Origin: Malacoraja senta
Lineage: Eukaryota
NCBI GenBank assembly: GCA_038087875.1
Contig: CM075997.1
Coordinates: forward strand, 434,001-498,000
Direction of reading: 5' to 3'
DNA: 64,000 nucleotides
The notes under the pieces were generated by a model. It was not told the DNA's origin. It searched no databases and worked only from the letters and a program-made list of their open reading frames with translations. Each line of letters starts with the position of its first letter. Positions within the stretch are counted from its first letter, which is position 1. Positions 25,601 through 39,267 of this stretch are shown piece by piece. The position numbers were made by a program, and so were the translations under genes.

Positions 25601-26499
25601 GTGAGGCTGATGCAGAATTCATTTATTCTATTGCTCAGTGGGCAAGGAGGATTGGTGACAGACACAAGCAGCTGGAGTAACTCAGCGGGACAGGCAGCAA
25701 TCTCTGGAGAGAAGGAACGGGTGACCTTTCGGGTCGAGACCCTTCGTCAGACTGAGAGTCAGGGGAAAGGGAAACGAGAGATATAGATAGACAAAAGTGC
25801 TGGAGAAACTCAGCGGGTGCAGTAGCATCTATGGAGCGAAGGAAATAGGCAACGTTTCGGGCCGAAACCCTGAAGGAAATAGGCAACGTTTCGGGCAACA
25901 TTCCAAGAAATCCTCTTCCTCAGCACCCCTGCCAATTTGATTCACCCAATCTATATGTAGATTGAAGTCACCCATTATAACAGTTTTACCTTTGTTGCTC
26001 GAGTTACTCCAGCTTCGGTTTAAACCAGCGTCTGCAGTTCCTTCCTACACAGTCCGTCACACAGACTACACTCCCCACCACCGACAACAACCATACTTCA
26101 CGCTGCCTCGGGAAAGCAGCCGACGTCATCAGACTTGTCCCTGTCCCACCCCGGTCATTCCTTCTTCTCCCCGCTCCAGTCCGGCAGAAGGTACAGAAGC
26201 TTGAAAGCGCACACCACCAGACTCAGGAACAGCTTCTTCCCCTCTGTTATCAGGCTTCTGAACGGTCCTTCCATAAGCTAGGGTACTGTCCGATTCACCT
26301 CTACCCCATTGTGGACATTGGACTTTGTCTCTGGAACTGATGCGCTACAATGCTGAGAACTTTATTCTGCACTCTGTATCTTCCCCTTTGTTCTACCTGT
26401 TGGACTGGAGTTCAGTACTCACCATCTATATCTCTCCTTCAAGAAGGAACTGCAGATGCTGGAAAATCGAAGGTAGACAAAAGTGCTGGAGAAACTCAG

Positions 26500-29050
26500 C
26501 CAGGTGTGGTCTCACCAAGACCCTGTACAACTGCAGTAGAACCTCCCTGCTCTTATACTCAAATCCTTTTGCTATGAATGCTAACATACCATTTGCTTTC
26601 TTCACTGCCTGCTGCACCTGCATTCCTACTTTCAATGACTGGTGTACCATGACACCCAGGTCTCGTTGCATCTCCCCTTTTCCTAATCGGCCACCATTCA
26701 GATAATAGTCTACTTTCCTGTTTTTGCCACCAAAGTGGATAACCTCACATTTATCCACATTATACTGCATCTGCCATGCCTTTGCCCACTCACCCAACCT
26801 ATCCAAGTCCCCTTGCAGCCTCCTAGCATCCTCCTCACAGCTAACACTGCCCCCCAGCTTCGTGTCATCCGCAAACTTGGAGATGTTGCATTCAATTCCC
26901 TCATCCAGATCATTAATATATATTGTAAATAGCTGGGGTCCCAGCACTGAGCCTTGCGGTACCCCACTAGTCACTGCCTGCCATTGTGAAAAGGACCCGT
27001 TTACTCCTACTCTTTGTTTCCTGTCTGCCAGCCAGTTCTCTATCCACATCAATACTGAACCCCCAATACCATGTGCTTTAAGTTTGTATGCTAATCTCTT
27101 ATGTGGGACCTTGTCGAAAGCCTTCTGAAAGTCCAGATATAACACATCCACTGGTTCTCCCTTATCCACTCTACTAGTTACATCCTCGAAAAATTCTATA
27201 AGATTCGTCAGACATGATTTACCTTTCATAAATCCATGCTGACTTTGTCCAATGAACTCACCACTTTCCAAATGTGCTGCTATCCCATCTTTAATAACTG
27301 ACTCCAGAATGTTCCCCACCACCGATGTTAGACTAACTGGTCTGTAATTCCCCGTTTTCTCTCTCCCTCCCTTTTTAAAAAGTGGGGTTACATTAGCTAC
27401 CCTCCAGTCCTCAGGAACTACTCCAGAATCTAAAGAGTTTTGAAACATTATCACTAATGCATCCACTATTTCTGGAGCTACTTCCTTAAGTACTCTGGGA
27501 TGCAGCCTATCTGGCCCTGGGGATTTATCGGCCTTTAATCCATTCAATTTACCTAACACCACTTCCCGGCTAACCTGGATTTCACTCAGTTCCTCCATCT
27601 CATTTAACCCCCGGTCCCTTGCTATTTCCGGCAGATTATTTATGTCTTCCTTAGTGAAGACAGAACCAAAGGAATTATTCAATTAGTCTGCCATGTCCTT
27701 GTTCCCCATGATCAATTCGCCTGTTTCTGATTGCAAGGGACCTACATTTGTTTTAACTAATCTTTTCCTCTTGACATATCTATAAAAACTTTTGCAGTCA
27801 GTTTTTATGTTCCCTGCCAGTTTTCTTTCATAATCTATTTTCCCTTTCCTAATTAAGCCTTTTGTCCTCCTCTGCTGGACTCTGAATTTCTCTCAGTCCT
27901 CTGGTAGGCTGCTTGTCCTGGCTAATTTGTAGACTTCCTCTTTTGTTTTGATACTATCCCTGATTTCCCTTGTTATCCACGGATGCACTACCTTCCCTGG
28001 TTTATTCTTTTGCCAAACTGGGATGAACACTTGTTGTAGTTCATCCATGCAGTTTTTGAATGCCTTCCATTGCATATCCACCGTCAACCCTTTAAGAATC
28101 ATTGGCCAGTCTATCTTGGCCAATTCACGTCTCATACCCTCAAAGTCACCTTTCTTTAAGTTCAGGACCTTTGTTTCTGAATTAACAATGTCACTCTCCA
28201 TCCGAATGAAGAACTCAACCATATTATGGTCACTCTTGCCCAAGGGGCCACGCACAACAAGACTGCTAACTAACCCTTCCTGATTACTCAATACCCAATC
28301 TAGAATAGCCTGCTCTCTTGTTGGTTCTTCTACATGTTGGTTTAGAAAACTATCCCGCATACATTCCAAGAAATCCTCTTCCTCAGCACCCCTGCCAATT
28401 TGATTCACCCAATCTATATGTAGATTGAAGTCACCCATTATAACAGTTTTACCTTTGTTGCACGCGTTTCTAATTTCCTGTTTGATGCCATCCCCAACTC
28501 CACTACTACTGTTAGGTGGCCGGTACACCACTCCCACTAGCGTTTTCTGCCCCTTAGTGTTTCGCAGCTCTACCCATATCAATTCCACATCCTCCAAGCT
28601 AATGTCCTTCCTTTCTATTGCGTTAATCTCCTCTCTAACCAGCAACGCTACCCCGCCTCCTTTCCCTTTCTGTCTATCCCTCCTGAATATTGAATATCCC
28701 TGAATGTTCAGCTCCCAGCCTTGGTCACCCTGGAGCCATGTCTCCGTGATCCCAACTATATCATATTCATTAATAACTATCTGCACATTCAACTCATCCA
28801 CCTTATTACGAATGCTCCTTGCATTAACATACAAAGCCTTCAGGCTTGTCTTTACAACACTCTTACCCCTTATACAATTATGTTGAAAAGTGGCCCTTTT
28901 TGATTTTTGCCCTGGTTTTGTCTGCCTGCCACTTTTACTTTGCACCATGCTACCTATTGCTTCTACCCTCATTTTACACCCCCCTGCCTCTCTGCTCTTG
29001 CACCCATCCCCCTGCCACATTAGTTTAAATCCTCACCGACAGCACTGCAT
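26500..29050 (-). mobile_element. CR1-like LINE ORF2 (APE endonuclease and reverse transcriptase), inactivated
   Basis: ORF 27893-29020 (NARSI, GITETW, VYRPP, GDFN, SDH) and ORF 26426-27682 (YRPVSL, DFQKAFD, GVPQGS, FADD) share one frame. They are separated by two in-frame stops (27893-27895, 27683-27685). The 3' end is cut at about 26500. Confidence 0.95.
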
Positions 29051-29811
29051 CAGACAAACTAGGATGCACCACCCATGGTCAGTCATGGCAGAGGGGGGGC
29101 CTACTACTAATGTACAAACAAAGTGATGAACGTACCAGGTTCTCCTTATTCTGCATGCAAGTTGTAGCCTTCTGTTCTCCCCGATCTGGTGTGAACTGTG
29201 TACTCTTACCCCCCCCTCCCGCCATGCCTGGTCTGATCACTCTCTGTCCCCCAAGCCCCTGTGATACACCCCTCTATGCATCAAATGCCAGCCCCCAAGT
29301 GTACACAATACTACTGCTAGAAATATCTAGACAAAATAATATAATATGCCAACAGTAACTAGCCTAGACATAGTTGGCTCCGACACAGACGATGATGTAG
29401 AGAGATGAAGAACAATGAGTGAATGATAGTCGGAGGGCAGGAGGAAACACGGCCTGGGCTGCCAACACAAGGCTTATCTCTGTGATCACCATCTGTAGAT
29501 TAACCCTTATTAATCCATGTCATTTATAATCTCCACTACACTTATACACATGCCACCCATTACATGGTATTACGGTACTACACGGGACGACACTGACAAG
29601 GTCAGCCAGCTCTCTCTCAGTAGCCACGCCGAGCTGGGTATGAATGGCTGGCAGTTTAAATGTTCTGTTTGACTTATGGAATAAAGACTAATCTTTCACC
29701 ATGTATCATTCACAGACATGGTGTCAGAAGTGGGATAGAGATTGTTCTGGAGTACGTAGGGCGATGTTGGTGTGTTATTTTTAACCAATCCTGGTTTATT
29801 TTTGTTGGAAG

Positions 29812-29890
29812 GATGCTTCGGAAGGACAAAGAGGAAGTGGAAGCAATAAAACACGCCAAGGCGCTGGAGGAGGAGAAGGCGATGTACTCG
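29812..29890 (+). CDS. CLASRP: CLASRP coding exon (about exon 9)
   Basis: MLRKDKEEVEAIKHAKALEEEKAMYS; ag/gtagga; phases 2 to 0. Confidence 0.96.
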
Positions 29891-30854
29891 GTAGGAACCT
29901 TCGTTCATGAGCGGTGAATGCACGGAGCCCTTTACCCAGAGTGGGGCAGTCAAGAACCAGAGGACATCGGTATAAGATGAGGGGGGGGAGAGTGAACATG
30001 AACCTGAGTGGCAACTTTTTTTACACAAAGGATGGTGGGTTTATGGAACGAGCTGTGGGCGGAGGTAGTTGAGGCACGGACTATCGCAAAGTTTAACACT
30101 TGGACAGGTACATGGACGGGACAGGTTTAGAGGGATATGGGCCCTGATCGCATTGAGTGGCAGTGCTGGCTCGAAAGGCCAAATGGCCTACTCCTGCACC
30201 TATTGTCTATTGTCAAATGCAGGCAGGTGGGACTAGAGTAGAAGTGGCATGTTGGTCGGCGTGGGCATGTTGGGCTGAAGGTCCTGTATCCATGCTGCAG
30301 TGGGCGGCAGTGGTAGAGATCCTGCCTCACAGCGCCAGAGACCCGGGTTCGATCCTGACTACGGGTGCTGTCTGTACGGAGTTTGTATCTTCTCCCCGTG
30401 ACCCGCGTGGGTTTTCTCCGGGTGCTCCGGTTTCCTTCCACACTCCAAAGACGTGCGGGTTTGTAGGCTAATTGCTTTGGTAAAATTGTAAATTGTCCCT
30501 AGCGTGTGTAGGACGGTGTGAGTGTGCGGGGATCGCTGGTCGGCGCCGACTCGGTGGGCCAAAGGGAGAGTTTCCGCGCTGCATGGCTCTGTCCTGTTGC
30601 AACCAACGGGAGCTGCGGGCCCACGATGGGCATAAGCTCAGGAGCAGAATTAGGCCATTCGGCCCATCGTCTACTACCGCCATTCAATCGTGGCTGATCT
30701 CTCTCTCCCTCCTAACCCCATTCACCAGCTTTCTCCCCATAACCCCTGACACCTATACTAATCAAGAATCTATCTACCTCAGCCAGTGGCAGTGGGTGCC
30801 TGGAGCAGGCCCTCAGCTGCAGTTTAATTCTATTTCTGTGTGTGTTCCTCGCAG

Positions 30855-30928
30855 GGCCGAAGGTCTCGTCGCCAGCGGAGGGAATTCAGAGAGAAGCGCT
30901 TGAAGGGGAGAAAAATCAGCCCCCCCAG
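30855..30928 (+). CDS. CLASRP: CLASRP coding exon (about exon 10)
   Basis: GRRSRRQRREFREKRLKGRKISPPS; ag/gtaacc; phases 0 to 2. Confidence 0.96.
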
Positions 30929-31658
30929 GTAACCCCGCCCCCCAAATAAATCGTATCGTATCGTACGTAGACACAAAATACTGGCGTAACTCAGCGGGAC
31001 AGGCAGCATCTCCGAAGAGAAGGAATGGGTGACGTTTCGGGTCGAGATCCTTCTTCAGACTGATATCGTACCGTGCCCTGTGTTTCATCTCTCCGCTGCC
31101 AGCTTTCAGCACCTTGAAATGAGCCCTTCACCGTCTTCCCTTTGAAAGCAACAGGGTGACATCGGCCCGGTGAATTTCTTTAATACCAGAACATTGAACA
31201 GAACAGCCTAGTAAAGACAATACGTGATTACAATCGAACCAGCCACGGTGTATTGGTACAGGATAGAGGGTTGTGGGAAGGAACTGCAAGTGCTGGTTTC
31301 ATCCAAAGATAGAAACACAAAATGCTGGAGCAACTCAGCGGGACAGGCAGCATCTGGAGAGAAGCAATGGGTGACGTTTCGGGTCAAGACCCTTCTTCAG
31401 AATAAGGTTTAGTGCAAGGTAAAGTTCGATCAAAGATAGTGTGAGAGTCTCCAATGAGGTAGATAGTAGTTCAGGACCGCTCTGGTTGTGGTAGGATGAT
31501 TCAGTTGCCTGATAACAGCTGGGAAGAAACTCCCTGAATCTGGAGGTGTGCGTTTTCACACTTCTATACCTTTTGCCCGATGATAGAGGGGAGGTGGAGG
31601 CGGGAGTGGGCGGGGTGCGACTCGTCCTTGGTTTGATGCGCTGTCCTTTCTGTTTCAG

Positions 31659-31700
31659 TTACGCAAGGAGGGACAGCCCAACGTACGACCCGTATAAAAG
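31659..31700 (+). CDS. CLASRP: CLASRP coding exon (about exon 11)
   Basis: YARRDSPTYDPYKR; ag/gtaact; phases 2 to 2. Confidence 0.95.
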
Positions 31701-32385
31701 GTAACTTCATTACGCCCGGCTGATGTGCAGGCATTCACACACCATTCCCATGTGGTAATGAATTAAAATGTACAGTGTGCAGAAATGGGCAGGAGGAAAT
31801 CGAGAAGGAAGGGTTAACCATAACGGACACAGAGTGCTGGAGTAACTCAGCGGGTCAGGCAGCATCTGTGGAGAACATGGATAGGTGACGTTTCGGGCGG
31901 GACCCTTCTTGAGACTGATCTTACACTTCACTGGCGGCACAGTGGCGCAGCGGTAGAGTTGCTGCCTTACACTGCCAGAGACCCGGGTACATTTCTGACT
32001 ACTGGTGCTGTCCATACGGAGTTTGCACGTTGACGTGGGACTACAGGGTAGCACATTGGCATAGCTGATACAGCCACTGCCTTACAGCACCAGAGCATTC
32101 AATCATGGCTGATCAATCTCTCCCTCCTAACCCCATTCTCCTGCCTTCTCCCCATAACCCCTGAATCAAGAATCTATCCATCTCTGCCACACTCCAAAGA
32201 CGTGCAGGTTTGTAGGTTAATTGGCTCGGTATAAGTGTAAATTGTCCCTGGTGTGTGTAGGATAGTGTTAATATGTGGGGATCACTGGTCGGCGCGGACT
32301 CGATGGGCCGAAGGGCCTGTTTCTGCGCTGTATATCTAAACTGAACTGAGCTAAACTTACGCATTGATGTTTGCTGATCCTGCAG

Positions 32386-32604
32386 GTCCCAGTCGGAGTC
32401 GAGCTCGGGCACGAGATCGCGGTCACGGTCGAACTCGCCCACTCACGAGGAGAAGATCACCTACATCACCAGCTTCGGCGGCAGCGAGGACGAGGGCGGC
32501 GTGGCGGCACAGCCTGGCGTGGTGACGGCCAAGGCCCCGATAGGCAGGCACCGGCCCGTCAACTCCCAGCAAAGCTCTGCCACAGGTCATACCAGCTCCT
32601 CCCG
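32386..32604 (+). CDS. CLASRP: CLASRP coding exon (about exon 12)
   Basis: SQSESSSGTRSRSRSNSPTHEEKITYITSFGGSEDE...; donor cg|gtcggt chosen for phase-2 compatibility with the next exon. Confidence 0.88.
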
Positions 32605-32819
32605 GTCGGTACTTTTCATCATCTTTGCTTTATCGTTCCCACAGACACTGCTTGTGCTTCTAGAGGGAGAGCTCACAACTTCCGCTGAAGGAAGCTTTCG
32701 CGTCTTGTGTAATGCCATCCTCTCACGCTGTGTAGGGATTGCCAGGATCACCCGGGTGGCAGAGGAGGCCAATCCGGCTGCTGCTCATCCCAAGCAAGAC
32801 TTTTAAAAGCTTAGCTTTA

Positions 32820-33157
32820 AGGGCCTGTCCCACTTTCCCGAGTTATTCACGAATTCTCCCGAGTTTTCAAACTCGCAGAATGTTCGGAACGAGTCCGTAG
32901 GAGTCCGTGGATATATCGTGGCGGCTCGTCATGTCAGCCGTAGGTACTCGGGCTATTTTTAACTCGTGGACATTTTTCATCAGGCCGAAAAAAACGTCCC
33001 GACTTACCTGATGCCCCGAGTACCTAAGGCTGGCGTAACGAGCCGCTACGATATATCCACGGACTCCCACGGCCTCATACAGACTCGTTACGAACATTGT
33101 ACGAGTTAAAAACTCGGGAGAATTCGTAAATAACTCGGGGAAAGTGGGACAAGCCCT
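32820..33157. mobile_element. Non-autonomous PIF/Harbinger-type MITE
   Basis: TIRs of about 50 bp (AGGGCCTGTCCCACTTTCCC... / ...GGGAAAGTGGGACAAGCCCT) flanked by a TTA duplication. Confidence 0.85.
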
Positions 33158-34202
33158 TTAGTTTAGTTTACGTTAGTTTATATCAGTTATATCAAAGGTA
33201 GACACAGAATGCTGGAGTAACTCAGCGGGACAGGCAGCATCTCTGGAGAGAAGGAATGGGTGACGTTTCGGGTCGAGACCCTTCTTCAGTTTAGTTTAGG
33301 TTAGTTTATTTGATGTTACTTTAGTTTAGTTGATGTTAGTTTAAATTACTTTAATTTACTGTAGTTTAGTTTATTGTCACATGTGCCAATCAGCGGAAAG
33401 ACTTCATGCGATTACAATCGAGCCGTCCACAGTGTGCGGATACAAGATCAAGGGAATAACGTTTAGTGCAAGTAAAGTCTGATTAAAGATAGTCCCAGCA
33501 TCTCCAACCTTGTGGACACTTAAGGAGAAAAGCCAGGGACAACCACTTTGTTTTCTGAATTGCAAATAGTCACGCATGTCGGATGTTGACTTGTGCTTTA
33601 CCTTCAATGCTCTTCCACAGTGAAGGCATCAAAATATGCTGCATAAAAGCAAAACACAAAATGCTGGAGTAACTCAGCAGGTCAGGCGGCATCTCTGGAG
33701 AAGATGTACAGGTGACGTTTCGGTTCGGAAACCCTTCTTCGGACCTCAATCGTCACCTGCCCATGTCCTCCAGAGATTCTGCCTGACCCACTGCGTTCCT
33801 CCAGCACATTGTGCCTTTCTTTGGTAAACCAGCGTCTGCAGTTCCTTGTTGCCACATAATGACTGGGGTGCAGTGTGAAGTGTGAATGTAAATGGCACCA
33901 GGTTTAGTGCAGTTTGTTATTGTCACGTGCCCCGAGGTGCAGTGAAAACTATTTGTTTGCGGGCAATCCAGTCAAAAGAAAAGACTGTGCATGAACACAA
34001 TCTAGCCGGCCACAGCGTACAGATACAGGATAAAGGTGTAAATACTCAGACCAACAGAGGCCTTCACCGTTAGATGTGATGATGAATGAGGTCATGAAAG
34101 CTCTGGGCACTGTTTCAAGATTCAAGTGAGTTTATTGTCATGTGTCCCTGATAGGACAATGAAATTCTTGCTTTGCTTCAGCACCACAGAACATAGTAGG
34201 CA

Positions 34203-34473
34203 CACAAAAATGCTGGAGAAACTCAGCAGGTGCAGCAGCATCTATGGAGCGAAGGAAATAGGTAACGTTTAGGGCCGAAACCCTGAAGGAAATAGGCAAC
34301 GTTTCGGGCCGAAACCCTGAAGGAAATAGGCAACGTTTCGGGCCGAAACCCGGAAGGGTTTCGTCCCGAAACGTTGCCTATTTCCTTCGCTCCATAGATG
34401 CTGCTGCACCCGCTGAGTTTCTCCAGCATTTTTGTGTACCTTCGATTTTCCAGCATCTGCAGTTCCTTCTTTA
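34203..34473. mobile_element. Inverted-repeat Penelope-like element derivative with 17-bp TSD
   Basis: ACAGAACATAGTAGGCA at 34186-34202 and 34474-34490. Confidence 0.7.
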
Positions 34474-35591
34474 ACAGAACATAGTAGGCATTGACTACAA
34501 AACAGATCAGTGTGTCCATATACCATTATATAAATATATACACACATGAATAAATAGACTGATAAAGTGTAAATAAACAGATAATGGGCTATTAATGTTC
34601 AGAGTTTTGTCCGAGCCAAGTTTAATAGCCTGATGGCTGTGGGGAAGCAGCTATTCCTGAACCTGGTCGTTGCAGTCTTCAGGCTCCTGTACCTTCTACC
34701 TGAAGGTAGCGGGGAGATGAGTGTGTGGCCAGGATGGTGTGGGTCCTTGATGACGCTGCCAGCCTTTTTGAGGCAGCGACAGTCGGTGGGAGTTACACAC
34801 AGCATAAAAGCAGAATATGTTTGGAAAATCTGTCAGGGGAGAGAGAGTTAGAGTTAACGTTTCAGAATTGACCTCTCACCAGCTCCCTCTGTGGGTGGGT
34901 GTCCAGAGAATATACGTCGAGCTTAAGATGGTTCCAAGGGTCCTTTGCGATTCTCCAGAACCAGAGCAGAGCGGTGGAAAATGGCGAAGATAGACAGACA
35001 CAAAAAGCTGGAGTAACTCAGCGGGGACAGGCAGCATTTCTGGAGAGAATGAATGGGTGACGTTTCGGGTCGAGACCCATTTTCAGGTCTGACTCGAAAC
35101 GTCACCCATCCCTTCTCTCCAGAGATGCTCCCTGTCCCGCTGAGTTACTCCAGCACTTGGTGTCTATCTTCGATTTAAACCACCATCTGCAGTTCCTTCC
35201 TACACAGAACTAGTCCATGCCAGGCTAGATGGTGTGTGAAGGTGGACAAAATTGCTGGAGAAACTTGAAGGAAGGAAATAGGCAACGTTTCGGGCCGAAA
35301 ACCCTTCTTCAGTCTGAAACGTTGCCTATTTCATCAGTCTGAAGAAGGGTTTCGGCCCGAAATGTTGCCTATTTGAGTTTCTCCAGCAATTTAGTCTACC
35401 TTCGATTTTCCAGCATCTTGAACATAGATGGTGTGTCAACTATTCCGTGCCAGGCTCGGTGGTGCCCCCCCTGGATCAGCGGTGTAATGACATGTTTGTG
35501 TGGGTTACACAAGAGAGATGCGGTGAGTGTGGCCTCAGCTGCTGCCATCTTTGTTACAGTCGATGTTTTAATGTTTCCTTCTGTTCTCCAG

Positions 35592-35837
35592 GCGCCGCTC
35601 CTCGTCCTCGTCCTCGTCCCGGTCCCGCTCGGGCTCCCGCAGCCACCGGTCGCAGGGCCACCGGCGTTCCACGCGGTATTCCCGCTCCCGCTCCCGATCC
35701 CACAACCGCCACTACTCCCGGTCGTACGGCCGCTACAGCCGAGGGTCCCGGGACGGGCGGCGATGCTCGCGCTCGCAGTCCCGCTCCGCCGACCGGACGC
35801 ACTACAGCGGCTCACGATCCCGCGGCAAACGCTCCAG
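35592..35837 (+). CDS. CLASRP: CLASRP RS-rich coding exon (about exon 13)
   Basis: RRSSSSSSSRSRSGSRSHRSQGHRRSTRYSRSRSRS...; ag/gtaaac; phases 2 to 2. Confidence 0.92.
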
Positions 35838-35906
35838 GTAAACGCCGGCCGGCCGCGCGCGAGCTCGTTGTCACGCCCAAGGTCAGCAAAGCACGTGACC
35901 ATTGAC

Positions 35907-36100
35907 CAGGGGGCTCCAAAACTATGGCCCGCGGGCCACATCCGGCCCGCCACAAGATTTAACCGGCCCGCGGGCCACATCCGGCCCGCCACAAGATTTT
36001 ACCGGCCCGCGGGCCACATCCGGCCTGCCACAAGATTTTACCGGCCCGCGGGCCACATCCGGCCTGCCACGAGATTTAACCGGCCCGCGGCGAGCTCTTA
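35907..36100 (+). mobile_element. hAT-like DNA transposon end with 4 internal 39-bp tandem repeats
   Basis: Starts CAGGGGGCTCCAAAACTATGGCCCGCGGGCC, resembling hAT/Charlie termini. Unit GGCCCGCGGGCCACATCCGGCCCGCCACAAGATTTAACC. No matching right TIR found. Confidence 0.6.
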
Positions 36101-36254
36101 ACACGTTGCGTGCGGCGGGCTATTTAGCGGGCTTTGTGGTAGCGCAGGGACTTACACGTCAGTTTGCCGTAGCCCATCAAGTTGAGGGTTTGCGTGCAGC
36201 TGCTGACGGGTTACTATCGTTGGCCCCGGGGAGGCAATAAAGGCTGGCAAAACG

Positions 36255-36840
36255 CTGAGACTCTATCAGGGGCTTGTCAGGCCCCATTTGGAGAACCGTG
36301 AGCAGATTTGGGCCCCACGCATATCTGAGGAAGGATGTGCTGGCCCTGGAGAGGGTCCTGAGGAGGTTTACAAGAACGATCCCAGGAATGAGTGGGTTAA
36401 CATATGATCAGCGTTTGACGGAACTGGGCCTGTACTCGCTGGAGCTTGGAAGGATGAGAAGCAACCTCACTGAAACTTACAGAATAATGAAAGGCAAAGG
36501 TAGAGTGGATGTGGAGAGGATGTTTCCACTGGTGGGAGAGTCTAGGACCAGAGGCCACAGTCTCAGAATTAAAGGGCGCTCCTTTAGAAAGGAGGTGAGG
36601 AGGAACTTCTTTAGTCAGAGGGTAGTTAATCTGTGGAACTCATTGCCACAGAGGGCTGTGGAGGCCAAGTCGGTGGATATTTTTACAGCAGAGATAGACA
36701 GATTCTTGATTAGAACGGGTGTCAAGGGTTATGGGGAGAAGGCAGGAAAATGGGATTAGGAGGCAGAGATCAGCCGTGGTTGAATGGCGGAGTGGACTCG
36801 ATGGGCCGAATGGCCTTATTCTACTCCTATAACTTGTGAC
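36255..36840 (+). mobile_element. CR1-like LINE 3' fragment
   Basis: Encodes LRKDVLALERVLRRFTRTIPG...RTRGHSLRIKG...RVVNLWNSLP, followed by the 3'UTR. Confidence 0.88.
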
Positions 36841-37193
36841 AGTCGGCAATCACAGACACGATCCTCCCCCTGTTCTAAAGTAAAGTGTCCTTTATTGTCA
36901 TTCAGATTGTATACCTTGCAGTCATAACATGGAATAAAATAACAACACACACAATAAACACAGATTTCACATCCACCACAGTGAGACCACCAGGCCCTCC
37001 TCACTGATGGAAGGCAAAAGTCTTTCCAAGCGGGTTTACTGTCTGGTTAAGAGTAATGGCTGCCCTGTTCAACAATACAACATGTTGCACTTAGAGGGGG
37101 AGCCACAGCCAGGTGTTGTTCACTGACCACTGTGCCGTTCGGCCGGCCGGTCGGTGTGTGTCGATGTTAACGGGCCTGTTCCTGCCGCGCCAG

Positions 37194-37397
37194 GTCACGG
37201 AGCCGTTCCCGCTCGGCCGAGCGTTACCGCCGGGGCAGCAGGGCGAGCTACAGCGGTGGCCGGCGGCGAGACAGCAGCAGCCGGAGCAGCAGCGACAGCA
37301 CGAGCGACTCTCCCAGCCCCAGCAAGTCCCTGTCCCCCGTCCGGGAGAGTCTGGGCAAGGCAGCCGCTTCACCCGCCATGGGCGAGAAACTGAAAAG
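37194..37397 (+). CDS. CLASRP: CLASRP coding exon (about exon 14)
   Basis: SRSRSRSAERYRRGS...SPVRESLGKAAASPAMGEKLK; ag/gtacgg; phases 2 to 2. Confidence 0.92.
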
Positions 37398-39152
37398 GTA
37401 CGGCTGGCCAACCCCCTCTTTCCCCCCCTCCCCGAACCACCCCCACCGCATCCTCCCCCCTCCCCGAACCAACCCCACCACCTCCTCCTCCCCTCCGCCC
37501 CCCACTTCCCACCACCCCCCTCTTCCAAACCCAAACTACACTCCCCCCACTTCCCACCACCCCCCTCTTCCAAACCCAAACTACACCCCCCCCACTTCCC
37601 ATCGACCCCCTCTTGCCACCTCCCCCACCCCCCCTCCCCACTGCCTCCGACCGCCCCCTCTTTCCGCCCCCACCCCCCCCTCCGCTTCCCATCAACCCCC
37701 TCTTGCCACCCCCCCTCCCCACTGCCTCCGACCGCCCCCTCTTTCCGCCCCCACCCCCCCTCCGCTTCCCACCGCTCGTGTGCATGTTGCGTTATGTGTG
37801 CATGATATGATCAGTGTAGAGATACAGCGTGGACACGGGACCCTCGGCCCACCGAGTCCGCGCCGACCGGCGATCATCACACACTAGCTCTACCCTACAC
37901 ACACACGAGGTTACAATCTGTACAGAAGCCAATTAAACTACAAACCTGTACGTCTTTGGAGTGTGGGAGGAAACCAGAGCACCCGGAGAAAACCCACGCA
38001 ATTCACAGGGAGAACGTGCAGACACCATACAGACAGCACCTGTAGTCAGGATGGAACCCGGGCCTCTGATGCTGTGAGGCAGCAACTCTACCGCTGCACC
38101 ACCCTGACAGCAACACCCTGGCACAGCCAGCTGAGCTGCTGCCTCACGGCACCGGAGACCCGGGTTTGATCCTGGCCCTAAGTGCTGTCCGTGTGGCGTC
38201 TGCACGATCGCCTGCGACCATGCTCCGGCTTCCTCCCACATCCCAAAGACGTGCGGGTTTGTTTGTTAATTGTCTCTCTGTAAATTGCCCTCTAGTGTGT
38301 AGGGAGTGGATGAGAAAGTGGGATAACAAAGAACTGGTGTGAACGGGTCGGCGTGGTCTCAGTGGGCCGAAGGGCCTGTTTCCACGCTGTGTCTCTTAAA
38401 CGGAACTAAACATAACACCAATCTGTATTGTCCTGTAACAACTACATGTGGAGCCACCTGCACACACAAAGACACAGAGTGCTGGAGTAACTCAGCGGGT
38501 CAGGCAGCATCTGTGGAGAACATGGATAGGTGACGTTTCACAGAGTGCTGGAGTAACTCAGCGGGTCAGGCAGCATCTGTGGAGAACATGGATAGGTGAC
38601 GTTTCACAGAGTGCTGGAGTAACTCAGCGGGTCAGGCAGCATCTCTGGAGAGAAGGAATGGGTGACGTGAGATGAGGAGGAATGTCTTTGGCCAGAGGGT
38701 GGTGAGTCTGTGGAATTCTTTGCCACAGACAGCTTTGGAGGCCAAGTCAGTGGATATTTTTTAAGGCAGTGATAGATAGAATCTTGATTAGTACGGGTGT
38801 CAGGGGTTATGGGGAGATGGCAGGAGAATGGGGTTGGGAGGGAGAGATAGATCGGCCATGAGGGAGAGATAGATCGGCCATGATTGAATGGCGGAGTAGA
38901 TTTGATGGGCCGAATGGCCTAATTCTGCTCCTATCACTTAAGATCTGATGAAGTTTCGGGTCCTTCAGACCTCGGGACTTCTTCATGCTGTATCCGTGCT
39001 CCACAGAGAAGCTGCCTGAACCGCTGAGTTACTCCAGCATTTTGTGTCTTATCTGTAGTTCTGTGTTGTTATACATGGAGCCACCCACCTACAGCTTGGT
39101 TGTCAATGTGTTGGGCACTGCCGTGGGTTCTCCAAGACGGGCCCTCCAACTA

Positions 39153-39228
39153 ACTCTCTCTCTCTCTCTCCTCCCTCTCTCCCTCTCCTATCTCTTTTCT
39201 CTCTCTCTCTCTCCCCTCCCTTTCCTCC

Positions 39229-39267
<39 letters not shown>

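Noticed and set aside
26426..29020. Active or domesticated reverse transcriptase gene
   Set aside because: Two in-frame stops and a missing 3' end; an ordinary dead CR1 copy.
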